The notes beneath the pieces were generated by a model. That model worked only from the letters and a program-made list of their open reading frames with translations. It was not told where the DNA came from and made no database searches. From positions 1-53,279 of the IMG/VR virus record IMGVR_UViG_3300017705_001145: a stretch of DNA of 53,279 nt. One strand, given 5' to 3'. The translations under genes were made by a program, and so were the position numbers. Shown in pieces: positions 36,799-49,000 of the stretch; the stretch's first letter is position 1; the number at the start of each line of letters is the position of its first letter. Origin of the DNA: a virus. Lineage: Duplodnaviria; Caudoviricetes.

Positions 36799-38595
36799 AT
36801 GCCGAAAATAAACAAGCCAATTATAAACTACACCGGACGCGATTTTGCTTCTATAAAGCAACAATTGGTTGATTATGCAGAAAAATACTATCCCGAAACC
36901 TTTAGAGACTTCAACGAGGCCTCCTTTGGTTCTTTAATGCTCGATATGGTCTCATATGTTGGCGACATAATGTCCTTTTATACAGACTATCAAGCCAATG
37001 AATCGTATCTCGAAACGGCTTTAGAGTTCAAAAATGTATTAAAAATCTCCAAGCAATTGGGATACAAATATCGACCAAACGCCGCCTCTTTTGGCGAAGT
37101 TAGTTTCTTTGTTGCAGTTCCCTCTATATTAAATGGAATAGGGCCGGATTATTCTTACGCGCCAATTATTCGGAAGGGTACAACTCTAGCAAGCAACAAT
37201 AATATAATGTTCACTCTCGTTGAAGACGTAGTATTTTCTAATTCAGACGACTCCGTTTTAGTAGCTAGCTCAAATACAGATGGGACAGCGCCAGATAAAT
37301 TTGCCATGAAAGCTAAGGGAATTGTTGTTTCTGGAGAATTATACAAAGAAGAATTTAGTGTAGATGCGTATGAAAAGTTTCTGCAGTTAGAAGTATTTGA
37401 CCAAAATCTAACCGAGATCATTTCCGTGACTGACTCTGAAGGAAATAATTATTATGAAGTTGATTATCTTTCACAAGATGTTATATATGTACCGGTCTTA
37501 AATACAAAATCCAATAAAGAGTTTGCTAAAAACATTTTAAAACCTGTTGCGGTTCCTCGTAGATTTGTCGCAGAACATGGCCCCGTCACAACCACTCTTC
37601 AATTCGGATTTGGTACAGAGGACAATGAAGAAAAGGTATTAGATCCAGCAACTGTTATTTTGGATGTGTTTGGTAAAGACTATATAACAGACAAATCTTT
37701 CGATCCAACTGTTTTAACAAAGACCACTAAACTAGGAATTGTCCCCAGCAATACAGTGATAACCGTAATATACAGGCGCAATTCTGAGCAAGACGTTAAC
37801 GTCCAGCCAAATTCAATTGTAAAAGCGGTCAATCCAATAATAAAATTTATAGACGAGGCCACTTTAAATAAAAACACTATTTCAGCTGTTATGAAAAGTT
37901 TAGAATTAACAAATGAAAAAGCAGTGTCTGGCGATGTTAGCAATATTTCTTCGCAAGAATTGAAATTAAGAGCGCAATCGGCCTTTGCTGCGCAAAATAG
38001 AGCAGTGACCAAAGAAGACTATATAAGTTTAGCTTATAATATGCCTTCAAACTTTGGCCAAATAAAAAAGGCAAGCATAACAAAAGACGAAACGTCATTT
38101 AATGGTAAAAACTTAAATCTATACGTAATTTCTGCTGATTCAAACGGCAAACTAGTAACAGCGAATGATATCATTAAACAAAACTTAAGAACTTGGATAA
38201 GCCGTTATAAAATGATTGGCGACACAATAGACATATTAGATTCGCGGATTATCAATCTAGAAATTAAATTTTCTGTTGTAGGGTTTGCAAATATTAATAG
38301 ATATGATGTGATAAATGATTGTGTTACCACTCTCTCTTCCTATTATGCTAGCAATTATTATGATATCGGAGAACCCTTCAAGATTACAGATGTATATAAG
38401 TTGTTAAATAACATTAATAGTGTGGTAGATACAAAAAACGTAGAAGTAGTGCCCACAACGTCACCCGGTTATACAGATTTCGGTGTCTCCTTTGAGGACT
38501 TAATTTCAGACGATGGAAGATATTTAATCGCTCCTGAAGACACTATTTTCGAAATCAAATTTCCTTCCATCGATATCACCGGAGAAGTGGTTTAA
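36799..38595 (+). CDS. Baseplate wedge subunit, T4 gp6/baseplate J-like
   Basis: YTGRDFASIK, DFNEASFG, NESYLETA, LGYK, LQFGFG, AQNRAVTKEDY. Confidence 0.9.
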   Translation: MPKINKPIINYTGRDFASIKQQLVDYAEKYYPETFRDFNEASFGSLMLDMVSYVGDIMSFYTDYQANESYLETALEFKNVLKISKQLGYKYRPNAASFGEVSFFVAVPSILNGIGPDYSYAPIIRKGTTLASNNNIMFTLVEDVVFSNSDDSVLVASSNTDGTAPDKFAMKAKGIVVSGELYKEEFSVDAYEKFLQLEVFDQNLTEIISVTDSEGNNYYEVDYLSQDVIYVPVLNTKSNKEFAKNILKPVAVPRRFVAEHGPVTTTLQFGFGTEDNEEKVLDPATVILDVFGKDYITDKSFDPTVLTKTTKLGIVPSNTVITVIYRRNSEQDVNVQPNSIVKAVNPIIKFIDEATLNKNTISAVMKSLELTNEKAVSGDVSNISSQELKLRAQSAFAAQNRAVTKEDYISLAYNMPSNFGQIKKASITKDETSFNGKNLNLYVISADSNGKLVTANDIIKQNLRTWISRYKMIGDTIDILDSRIINLEIKFSVVGFANINRYDVINDCVTTLSSYYASNYYDIGEPFKITDVYKLLNNINSVVDTKNVEVVPTTSPGYTDFGVSFEDLISDDGRYLIAPEDTIFEIKFPSIDITGEVV

Positions 38596-40079
38596 TGGCT
38601 ATAAAAAGATATTACGCTACAAAAGATAATACAATCACAAATGCCTACAAAGCAAATTTGACCATACGCGGCGTCAGCGGAAATATGGGCCAATCTGATA
38701 TTTTAGAAGCATTTCACATATACGCTCAAGCCAATTCTGCATCCAGCGAAAATGCGCGCATTCTCCTTGAGTTTGATTTAGACGAAATAACAACAGACCG
38801 CACCGCAAATGATTTGCCCGCTAGCGGCAGCGTAAATTTCTTTTTAACTTTATATAATGCACCACATACACAAACAACCCCGAAAAACTTCACAATGGTT
38901 GCGACGGCGGTATCTCAATCTTGGGACGAAGGACTCGGTTTGGATATGGAAGAATATGCAGATCTAGATGCATCCAATTGGCTTTCAGCTTCGGCAGGAA
39001 CTAGTTGGGTTGATTATGCCGACACAGAATTATCAGGCGGCAGCTACATTACAGGATCCGATGCATCCGAATTTGAATATACGTTTACTCAAGATTTTGA
39101 TAGTGGGTTTGAAAATTTAGAAATTGACGTAAGCCATCTTGTGGAAGATTGGATTGATGGTACCATTGATCATAATGGATTCGGAGTACAATTATCTAGC
39201 AGCATAGAGACTGCAACCGATTCATATTACACTAAAATGTTCTTTGCGAGAGGATCTCAACACTTTTTTAAACGACCGATTATCGAAGCACGATGGGACA
39301 ATAGCAAAAAAGACAATAGAGGAAGCTTTTATTTAAGCTCCTCATTGGTACCGGCTTCAGATAATTTAATGAAACTTTACTTATATAATGTTGTGAGAGG
39401 ACAATTAACAAACATACCAGACGTTGGCACCGGAAACATGCTCGTTAGTATCTATTCAGGTAATTTAGCCAATACTGCACCAGATGGCTCTGAAATAGGC
39501 CTTTCTATTGGTGGAGGCACCGTAGCCTCCGGTGATACCAACACAACGGCTTCTTACATAGAAACTGGTATATATTCGTGTTCTTTTGCCTATACTTCAT
39601 CAGCCATAACAACTATTTTTGATGTTTGGCATAGCGCGTCGGTTGAATATCATACCGGCTCGGCAATCACAGTAAAAACATTTAACAGTCAAGATTATAA
39701 TTTAGATCAGAAATATGTTTCGAAAATAACCAATTTAAAGCCGCGATATTCAAATGACGAAACTGCTCGTTTTAGACTTTTTACTCGTAAAAAAGATTGG
39801 TGTCCGACAGTATATACGAAAGCTACTCAAACTATCGCCACAGATATCGTTGAAGATACCTATTATAAAGTTGTTAGAGTGCCGGATAATTTAGAAGTTA
39901 TTCCTTACGGTACCGGCTCTTTAAATCATACGCGCTTATCATATGATACTTCTGGTAGTTATTTTGATTTAGATATGAGCCTGTTGGATACTGATACGGT
40001 TTATGAAATTGATCTCACTTATATAATTAATGGCGAATACACTGAACAAACAGAAAAATTTAGATTTAGAGTTGAATAA
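38595..40079 (+). CDS. Putative virion structural protein (DNRLRE-like beta domain plus Ig-like C-terminus)
   Basis: ATKDNTI, ARILLEFD, VSQSWDEGLG, IDVSHLVEDW, NGFGV, RPIIEARWD; TAATG coupling to gp6. Confidence 0.6.
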   Translation: MAIKRYYATKDNTITNAYKANLTIRGVSGNMGQSDILEAFHIYAQANSASSENARILLEFDLDEITTDRTANDLPASGSVNFFLTLYNAPHTQTTPKNFTMVATAVSQSWDEGLGLDMEEYADLDASNWLSASAGTSWVDYADTELSGGSYITGSDASEFEYTFTQDFDSGFENLEIDVSHLVEDWIDGTIDHNGFGVQLSSSIETATDSYYTKMFFARGSQHFFKRPIIEARWDNSKKDNRGSFYLSSSLVPASDNLMKLYLYNVVRGQLTNIPDVGTGNMLVSIYSGNLANTAPDGSEIGLSIGGGTVASGDTNTTASYIETGIYSCSFAYTSSAITTIFDVWHSASVEYHTGSAITVKTFNSQDYNLDQKYVSKITNLKPRYSNDETARFRLFTRKKDWCPTVYTKATQTIATDIVEDTYYKVVRVPDNLEVIPYGTGSLNHTRLSYDTSGSYFDLDMSLLDTDTVYEIDLTYIINGEYTEQTEKFRFRVE

Positions 40080-40081
40080 AA

Positions 40082-43000
40082 ATGTCCTTAAAAGATTTAT
40101 TTAAAGAAGATAAAAATTTAAAGTCCTTTGAACCATTATCAAAAAGTGATTTTGATACTGAGATAGAGTCTTTTGATTATGCAGATGCTGTTCGTAAGCG
40201 AGATGAAAGATATCTAGCAACAGAAAAGTTCTATAATCCCGTCAACTTCGCTCGTTTTGGTTCTGCAGAAAAGTATTATGAAGACTCAATTAAAAGAATT
40301 TATAACACGTATCCTTATGATGGTTCTCTAAAAGAAAAAGTTTTGTGGGAAGTCTCCTCTTCTTTACTTGATCTTTATCTTTTCGAAAACGGTTATCCCA
40401 GAACAACCGGTTATGCTAATTTTTTAACTTCCGTCGCAACGTCTGGAGAAGAAGGGTCTGATTATTATCCACCTTCTGGCGACGATGAATATATTTTAGC
40501 AATTGGTGGTCCGCATGCAGGACAAGGTAATTCCCTTTACTACGATCCAATACAAAAAGAGATGGTATATCGTCAAGATGCGAACGTTTGGGATACAGAC
40601 AATAATAGAGAAAACAATCTTAAAATCGGCGGCGACGACGGAAACACAATTGAATTTTGGCTAAAAAAAGATGCCTACGTCACAGACCAAGATTACTTTG
40701 AATTCATTTTCGATGCGCATGTTACAGGAACAGTTGAAACGGAACTTGGTTATGGTCGCTTTAATATTGCGTTAGCAACCACCGGCACAGTGGGAAACAC
40801 CTCCGACCAAGCAATTGCTTTTGCATATGCTTCCGGAACCACATCCATCGCAGCCCCAATGGCTTATATCGGTTCTACGTCGCTAACAACTGGAACTATT
40901 GCAGACGGCAATTGGCATCACTATGCTTTGCGATTAAAATCATCTGGTACAGATACTATAGCTGATTTATTTGTAGATGGTATATACAACGATACAACTG
41001 TTGCTAGCAATAATATAAATTATGTAAGTGGCGCAATCGTCGCAACAGTTGGTTCAATGGCGGCCCCAATAGACTCTGGCCCAACCTATGGAGAACGCGG
41101 CTGGTCAAAATTCTCTGGTTCTCTCGATGAACTTCGGTATTGGAAAACTTGGCGAACATCCAAACAAATCCAACGTTATTGGTTTGATCAAGTCGGCGGA
41201 GGCACCAACACCGATCTCTCAAACACAGATTTAGGTGTCTATTATAAGTTTAATGAAGGTATAGTAGGAGATGCAGCAACAGACTCTATAGTATTAGATT
41301 ACTCAGGCCGCGTTTCAAATGGCGCATGGGCAGGTTATGACTCTTCCTCCAGAACAATAGGCTCAGCTATTACAGATTCAAACTCAAGTAAATTCGAATT
41401 TAACGATCCAATCATTTATTCAACACATTCAGATGTATCCTCTTATCTAGCAAATATGAAAGGAAGCGGCAGCGTTCACGATAAAACAAATGCCAATTCC
41501 ATGCTTTCCTATATTCCAAACTGGATTATACAGGAAAACGAAACCGATCATGATCTAGCCGATAAAAATCATCTATTAAATCTACTACAGATTATATCAA
41601 GCTATTTTGACGAAGCGTCAACTCTATTACAGAAGCTTCCACAACTTACTCATAAAAAGTATTATACTTCCGGCTCAAGCCCGCCACCATTTAATAAATT
41701 TGCACTCGAATCAGCAGGCTTCGCAGTTCCCGATATTTTCATTAATTCTACTCTTTTGGAAAAGTTTGAAAATCGCGATGATGAAATAAAATTTGAAACT
41801 TCTTTGCAAGAGGTGAAAAACATCATCTACCAAAACATCTATAATAACTTAGACTTTATCTATAAATCTAAAGGTACCGAAAAAGCATTTCGAAATCTAT
41901 TTCACTGTTTTGGTTTTGGCGACGACACATTAAAATTCAACATATATGCGAACAACTCCAATTACAAATTGGAAGAAAATCTAAAGTTCGTCACCAAAGC
42001 AAAAAACTACATTAACTTCAATGACGTCGAAAACGCAGATGCATCCGTCTACCAATACCAAATCGATTCAAATTCAACATCTTATATTTCAGCCAGTCAA
42101 GATTTTACATCGGGCGAAGAAACAGAAGGATTAGCATTTACTTTAGAGAGCAACGTTTTATTACCAAATCGCGTATCTATCGATAGCTATTCCACCGTAA
42201 AAAAAGGTTATGAGAATAAGATAGCCAATATCTATCCACTAATAACGGATTCTTCATTGTTTGGACTTCATACTGCTGACGGTGAAACCGAAAACGATTT
42301 AACATGGAACACTAATGATTACGCTAACTTCCAAGTGTTAACGGTTAAAGACGACAAGTTCTCAAGTAATGCTTATTTTAAATTAACCGGTTCTGCCGGT
42401 GGTTTCATTCCTAGCCTCACATCTTCTATCTTTGAGGACGTATATGACGAACAATTGTGGACAATAGCAGTTACCGTAAAACCGGGCGATTACCCACAAA
42501 CAAATGAAGTCGATGGCTCTGCTGACGGCGAAGATACATACACAGTCCAATTCTATGGTGTAAACCATATGGCCGATTATAAAGCACAATCTTTCTCAGT
42601 CACAGGAACTATGACCCGCGATGAAGGTAGAAAGTTTCTCGCAAGCCACAAAAGAGTGTATGTTGGAGCACACCGTACAAATTTCACGGGAAGTCTCCTT
42701 CATTCCTCAGATATTAAAGTAAATTCTTGCAAAGCTTGGATGAAAGATATCTCAACAGACACTTTAGATCTGCACAACAAGAAAATAGGAAATTATGGTT
42801 CTGATTCACCAACAAATAGCGCCTTCCTATACCAAGACTCAATTAACGATTTAAACGTCCCAGAGAATGAAACTTTAGCGTTATTATGGGACTTTTCACA
42901 GGTCACAGCATCCAATGCTGTTGGCCAATTCTCGGTAGAAGACGAAACTTCCGGAAGTGCAGACGACGAAAGATATGGCTGGTTTAGTGGAGTCGTTTCG

Positions 43001-46000
43001 AGAAGACACACAGCAAGTGGTAGCTTCTTCGATACTACTTCTACAAATGTGGTGGAATCCTTAGAAAGAAGCACATATCAATCACAAGTGCCGGAAGTCT
43101 TAAATGATTCGAATCTAGTAAGAGTTTTGTCTCAAGATGATGAATTCTTTAATAGAAATACACGACCAACCACTTATCATATGTCAATAGAGAAAAATAT
43201 GTTCCAAGATATATCGGAAGATATGTTAAACATGTTTGGTTCCGCTGTATATTTTAACAACTTGATTGGAGATCCGGTAAATTTATATCGAGGCGAGTAC
43301 AAAGAATTAAAGAAAGCAGCAGATCTTTACTTTGAAAAAGTCGACAATGACTATGATTTCGATAAGTATATAGAATATTTCAAGTTTATTGATTATGCGG
43401 TCTCTAGATATATCGCAAAACTCATTCCAGCGTCGATGAATACATTTAAAGATGGGATATCAACTATTGTTGAGAATTTTGCTTTAGGTGATAGAAGCAA
43501 ATACCAAAATAAGTTTCCAATTATAAAAGACGTCAAGCCTAAAAAAATAGAAGGTTTGATGATAGGGCATAGCCTACCGCCCAAATTCGCTTGGAAAGAG
43601 TTGCATGCTCCATTACCACAATCACCTTTGAATGAAGATGAAAATTGCATATGGTGGAAAGAAAGAGCAAAAAAAACACAAACAGAAATATCTTCGAGTA
43701 ATGCTTTTGTTAACGCGGATAAGCAACAAATCCAGAATGTCATCAACAACTTAACAAACTTCCCCGCTACAACATTAAGCGGTACTGAAGGAACCTACGA
43801 AGCTTCAACATATGTTCTGCGTAAACAAGGAAAACCTGTGCGCTATAGCGTTGATGAAACGGAAACTTACCATGGCGGCACCAACTTTAATAAGGGCAGA
43901 AGAATTGATTATTGGGCAAATGGTTATCGCACGGATTTGTTAGCAACCACATACGCCTTCATTGATGAGAATGATTATATCGCAACAGCATCTTGTGATG
44001 ATATAGTAAAACCAAATCAAAAAGTTTTTAGACATTACTTTTTTAACAACGACGACATCCGCAGTAATATCACGTCGCCATTTAACATTATAAGCTCATC
44101 GCTAGATACAGTTGGTGTTTATGGAGCAGATAGCGATCTACAAATCGTTAACCTTCACTATGATACTTATGGAGATTCACCCGCGACTCCACTTCAAGGC
44201 CCATTTACTGATGCGCATGTCGGTGGCCACCAGCGAAGTCACATAACATTCAACACCGGAAGCGATACTATTGCGAACCGGCCAGAGCACTTTCGTTTAG
44301 TTCCACGCGGCGGAACCGATACTCTTTATGTTTATGGTGCAGACCAAGATAATGCGGGCGATCCGAATGTAAACCTTCCTCGTGCCGATTTTCTTCGCGA
44401 CGGAACGTCAAAACGCCCCGTAAACATTGCTAATATTCAATCTTTAACCGGCACTCGTATTTTAGGAAACTATAATCAAGCTTATGATATTGTCATGACC
44501 AATGGTCGATCAATCAACAACAAGTTTATGGTCAGATCGGAAGGCGATATAGTCACAAGCAGCGCCGATTCCTATTATCTTTCAGGAGTTGTCGATTTTG
44601 TATTGCCTCAAAGAAACTTAACCGGTAGCAATCAATATATTATTGTTAACCGTTTTAGCGCTCCCGGTGACCCCGCAACAATGGCCGAAGGAATGCTCGA
44701 TGTAACATCCGGAGAGTACAGTGTATACAATGCCTTGCCATGGCGAAATCTGAGCGTAATTACGCCAATGAACGAGCTTCTCTCTGATCATTGTAAGCAG
44801 TTTGGATATTTTAGTGATGCCTTCGATTCAGCCAGTTATGTATTAGCAGGAGAAACCTATCCCGGAACAAGCGGTTCTGTAAGCGAACTCAATTATGAAG
44901 GGTCTGCTTCTTTCCATAAAGTTAATAGAAACACGAGAAAAGTTTTACAATATACAGATGAATATACCGGAGATGCCGGTACCGTTATAACTGCATCTTT
45001 TCACGACAATGCTTTCGTAACTCATTTAATTCCGCAATCTGATATGCAATATGCATGGATCACAGCTTCTGCCGAAGATGTTATTTTAGGTTATGAAACT
45101 AGAGATTTGGATCGAAAAGATTATGCTTCAAGCGATATTATTTTTACTACGGCCAGCAGCCTTGTTTTAACCTGGGACGGCGGCCTCGCAGATCCCTACT
45201 TTGGTGTAGATGAAAGAGATCAAGGAGAACTTCTTGATGGCCAGTGGAATTTTGACTTTGTTGGCTTAAACTATGTTACGGTAGATCCCTTGTCTTTAAG
45301 TTCTAATACTATTGGCTTTGAATATAATACGCCCATTTCAAATTATATCAGCGGCGCAGCCATTGTTAAGGCAGAAGCACTAGCAGGCGCAGTTAATTTT
45401 TCAAATGGCGCCGGAACCACTGCGATTTTAAATGCCCTCTTACTTCACCGCACCGGGCCATATGGCGGCGCCAATTGGAAACTCTATAAAAAAGATGCGC
45501 ATCCAATCGTAAGACACCAAAGAAACAACAATATTATAGGCACACCAGTTGGAAAAGTTGTGGGAATATCATCCTTCGGCGGCGGCATCCTTCCAACATT
45601 TAAAGTAGCCAATGATTATGAAATCTTGAATTTCACTGAACCGGTAATCACTTCGAAGTTTAAACCGTTAATTTACAGCTTATCTTCAAGTGAAGGGAAA
45701 GGCGTAGAAAATGTAGTTTCTTCTCTGGGCAATCTACAAGGTCACTTTACAAATCACACTCAAGGACCAGATAGAAAAAACTTAAACATCCTTTTACCAA
45801 CCGGCAAATCAAGAGACAACATTAAGAAAATCACTTATTCACCTTATAGCGCCTTTAAGCTTTATATTGAAAAGTATAACAACAAAGAAGATGTACAAGT
45901 GGTTTATTCAGAAACGATTTACCCCAAAGAACAATACACTTATCTTTCCGGGACTCGTAAAAGAATCGACTTCATAAATGACTTTTGGAGAGATGATAGA

Positions 46001-49000
46001 GACGACAGAACTAGCTTAAATTATGATAACTCTGCTGCTAATAGCATCGATATCGCAAGTATTTGGAAATTAGATGCTCATACAAATTTTGTTGATAGTT
46101 ATATTAATGTCCCTTATAGTGGCGGGATGCCAACGGAAGACGGCGCAGGCGAATTACAAAATTGTTATTCTCTTTTCCACTATGCCGCAAGCGCTGGAGG
46201 TGGCCTTCGAAGCGATATCCTTTCTGCTGTAAACTATAATAGAAGGATTAAACTAATTTACCCAGTGCGCACCGACCTGATCACAATCGTACCAACAGAT
46301 TTTTATCTTGCACAAAACGCTATTCCCTCTAGTCGAATGCCTTCGTTTTCTGATCTCACCGATTCGTCCAATCCCTCTCGTTTTTCAGCTTCTGTGGGCG
46401 ATACTCTTTGGGAAGTCACTACGAGCGCTGGCGAAAAACCATTTTATGATAGTTACGATGATTATGCCGAAGAAGGGTTTAGAAGCATGAAAGACGGCAC
46501 AATTTTGCCGGAATACAGGATCAGCGAAAAGATTGATGATTTCGTTTCTTTGGGCACTAGTTTAGAGTATAGCTCGTATTCGCCGCTATCGTTCTTCGAT
46601 AAAGAAAAGATCAACGGTAATACACTGAAAATCGAAACTGGCGCAATGTCTCTAACCGGTTCACAAGTTGCTAGCACCGATATAACCAACTTCTTAGAAA
46701 GACACGTATTCTCAGATTTTTACGAGTATTTCAATTTTGTAGAAACAGACTATACATACGACCCGCCACAATCTGAAGGTATCAAAGAAGATGTAGGACA
46801 GCTTACAAAACACAAACTTGCTTGTGATGCAATCCTCAAGTTTTTACCATACGATGGCTTTTATCCATCGGAAAGAACATTACAATTAGGATCTCTGTTT
46901 TCACAATCCCTTAACAATGTTTCACTATCAGGAGATGATGGTAATTTAAGAACGCTTATGCAACCTTATTTCGCCCCGGGAGTTCTGTTTAACTCAATTA
47001 AATCGGGCATCGCAGTCGATTATCCGGTTGCCAACTCCGCTACTTCTTTAAGTCAAACTTCTTCGCTAATTTGGGGCACGTGCATCTCCGGAAATTTCGA
47101 TAGTCGCTACAATATGGATTCTTTAATAGAGCCAAAATTCTCTTTGGTATATGATGCGGAAACCGACAGCGATCTAAATTTAGACTCAACAGCCAGCTTC
47201 AAAGGGAAATTAGATTCTCAATATACTTTTGCTATGAGTAACTTTTTAGCTGCGACAATGGACACATTTATTGGTAAAGATTATTATTCTTCCATTAACT
47301 CGGCATGGTTCGATTCGGGGGACTCAATTATTCCAACACAAGATGGAACCTACACAATGGATATTGTTTTGCGCAATTCTACAAATATCGACACAGATTC
47401 TGAGTTTGAAACAGCAAAGACCAACATGATAAACGTAATCGACCCCGACTCTGGCTCACCGCCAACCGTTGTTTATCCCAGTCTTACCAGTAGTTTACAG
47501 GTAAATACCTCTTCTATAACAATGTATGATCGAGCGATTACTGGTTATAATATAGACCCGTTCCTTTATGGTTCTTCTTTTGGCCCACCAGTACACAGCG
47601 GTGAAATCGCAGCCACCTTAGAAGGCTCTCCAGTGAACGTATATATTACGGCATCAGGGCAACCTCATGGAACTAGTTTTGATCCATTTACTCCTTCCTA
47701 TTATAATGGCTATTCTCGCGCAAGAATCTCTGTTACATTAGAGGCCAACGAATATTATGATTTACCTCAACTTGTTAGTATGATGTCTCATTCATACGAT
47801 AGAATAAATACTTTCTTATATCCTGCATTTCCACAATCTTTAGACTCAGCGGCTGAAGCAACAGTCGCTCAAGCAGTGAATGAAATCTATTCAACAACAG
47901 CTTATAAAAACGCAATGCAGCTTTCCGCTTCGTTGTTTTTAGGCGATGCTAATCCAAATCAGATTATTTTCGAAAAAGAAATGAGAAAAACACCGCAATC
48001 GCCAGACACAGTAAAGAGACAAACTATATCATTCAGGCCACGCTTTGAATGTCCAGTGTTGGATTTTGAAGATACATCTCCAACTTCAGGCTATCTTAAT
48101 GGAAACGTAGCAAAAGGAATGTGGCATCAATACGGCGAGATAATCACAGGACAAGGAATTCAACTCGAAGTAAAAGAACCGGAAAACATCAGTCTATCTT
48201 TAGCCAGATTGCTTAAAATAAACGTAAAGGCATCTCAAAAAATCGGAAAAATAGAAGGCGATAACAACGCCACTTTTAGTGAGGCCATAGTCGCAATTCC
48301 ATTTAAATATGATAATCTGAAAAAAGAAACAGTTCTTTATGATGTTGATACCACATTAACAAAAAATATTAAAGACAAGCTTTACTTTGATGATTCAAAG
48401 CGTCTGGATCCATTTTCACCAGTAGCATCTTTTGAAGAAGTCCAAACAGCTAATGAAGCCATTGAAAAATTTCAAAGTAATTTTGGTGAATCAGCAATTC
48501 AGAATAAACACACAGACAAAGAGCTTTATGATTTATTCATGATGATGCGCAAATATGTTATTCCGCCGCACTTAGATTTCTTACATAACAAAAATACAAA
48601 TCCCTTTGTAATGTTTATGATGGAGTTCGAACTAGATTTAAACCAAACAGACCTACAAAATGTTTGGCAAAATGTTGAGCCAACGTTTGCTAAAAAGGCC
48701 ATAAGAACCAGAACAGAAACAAATTCCCACTCTCTACCCGGAAACATCATTCAGGGCGCAATGGCCACCAATAATAAGGATCCGTTCTTTGCTACTGATG
48801 TTTTTAAATCACAAGATACAAGATGGGCAGTCTTCAAAGTAAAGAAGCGAGCGAAAACAAATTTCAATGCAGCGGTCGGCAAGACAAAAGATGGTTTCAC
48901 CCGCCGCGACCTCACCGGCCCGGGCCAAACTGATGAGTTCCTTTATTCATACAACTGGCCACATGATTTTTATTCTTTGATTGAGTTAGCTAAAATTGAT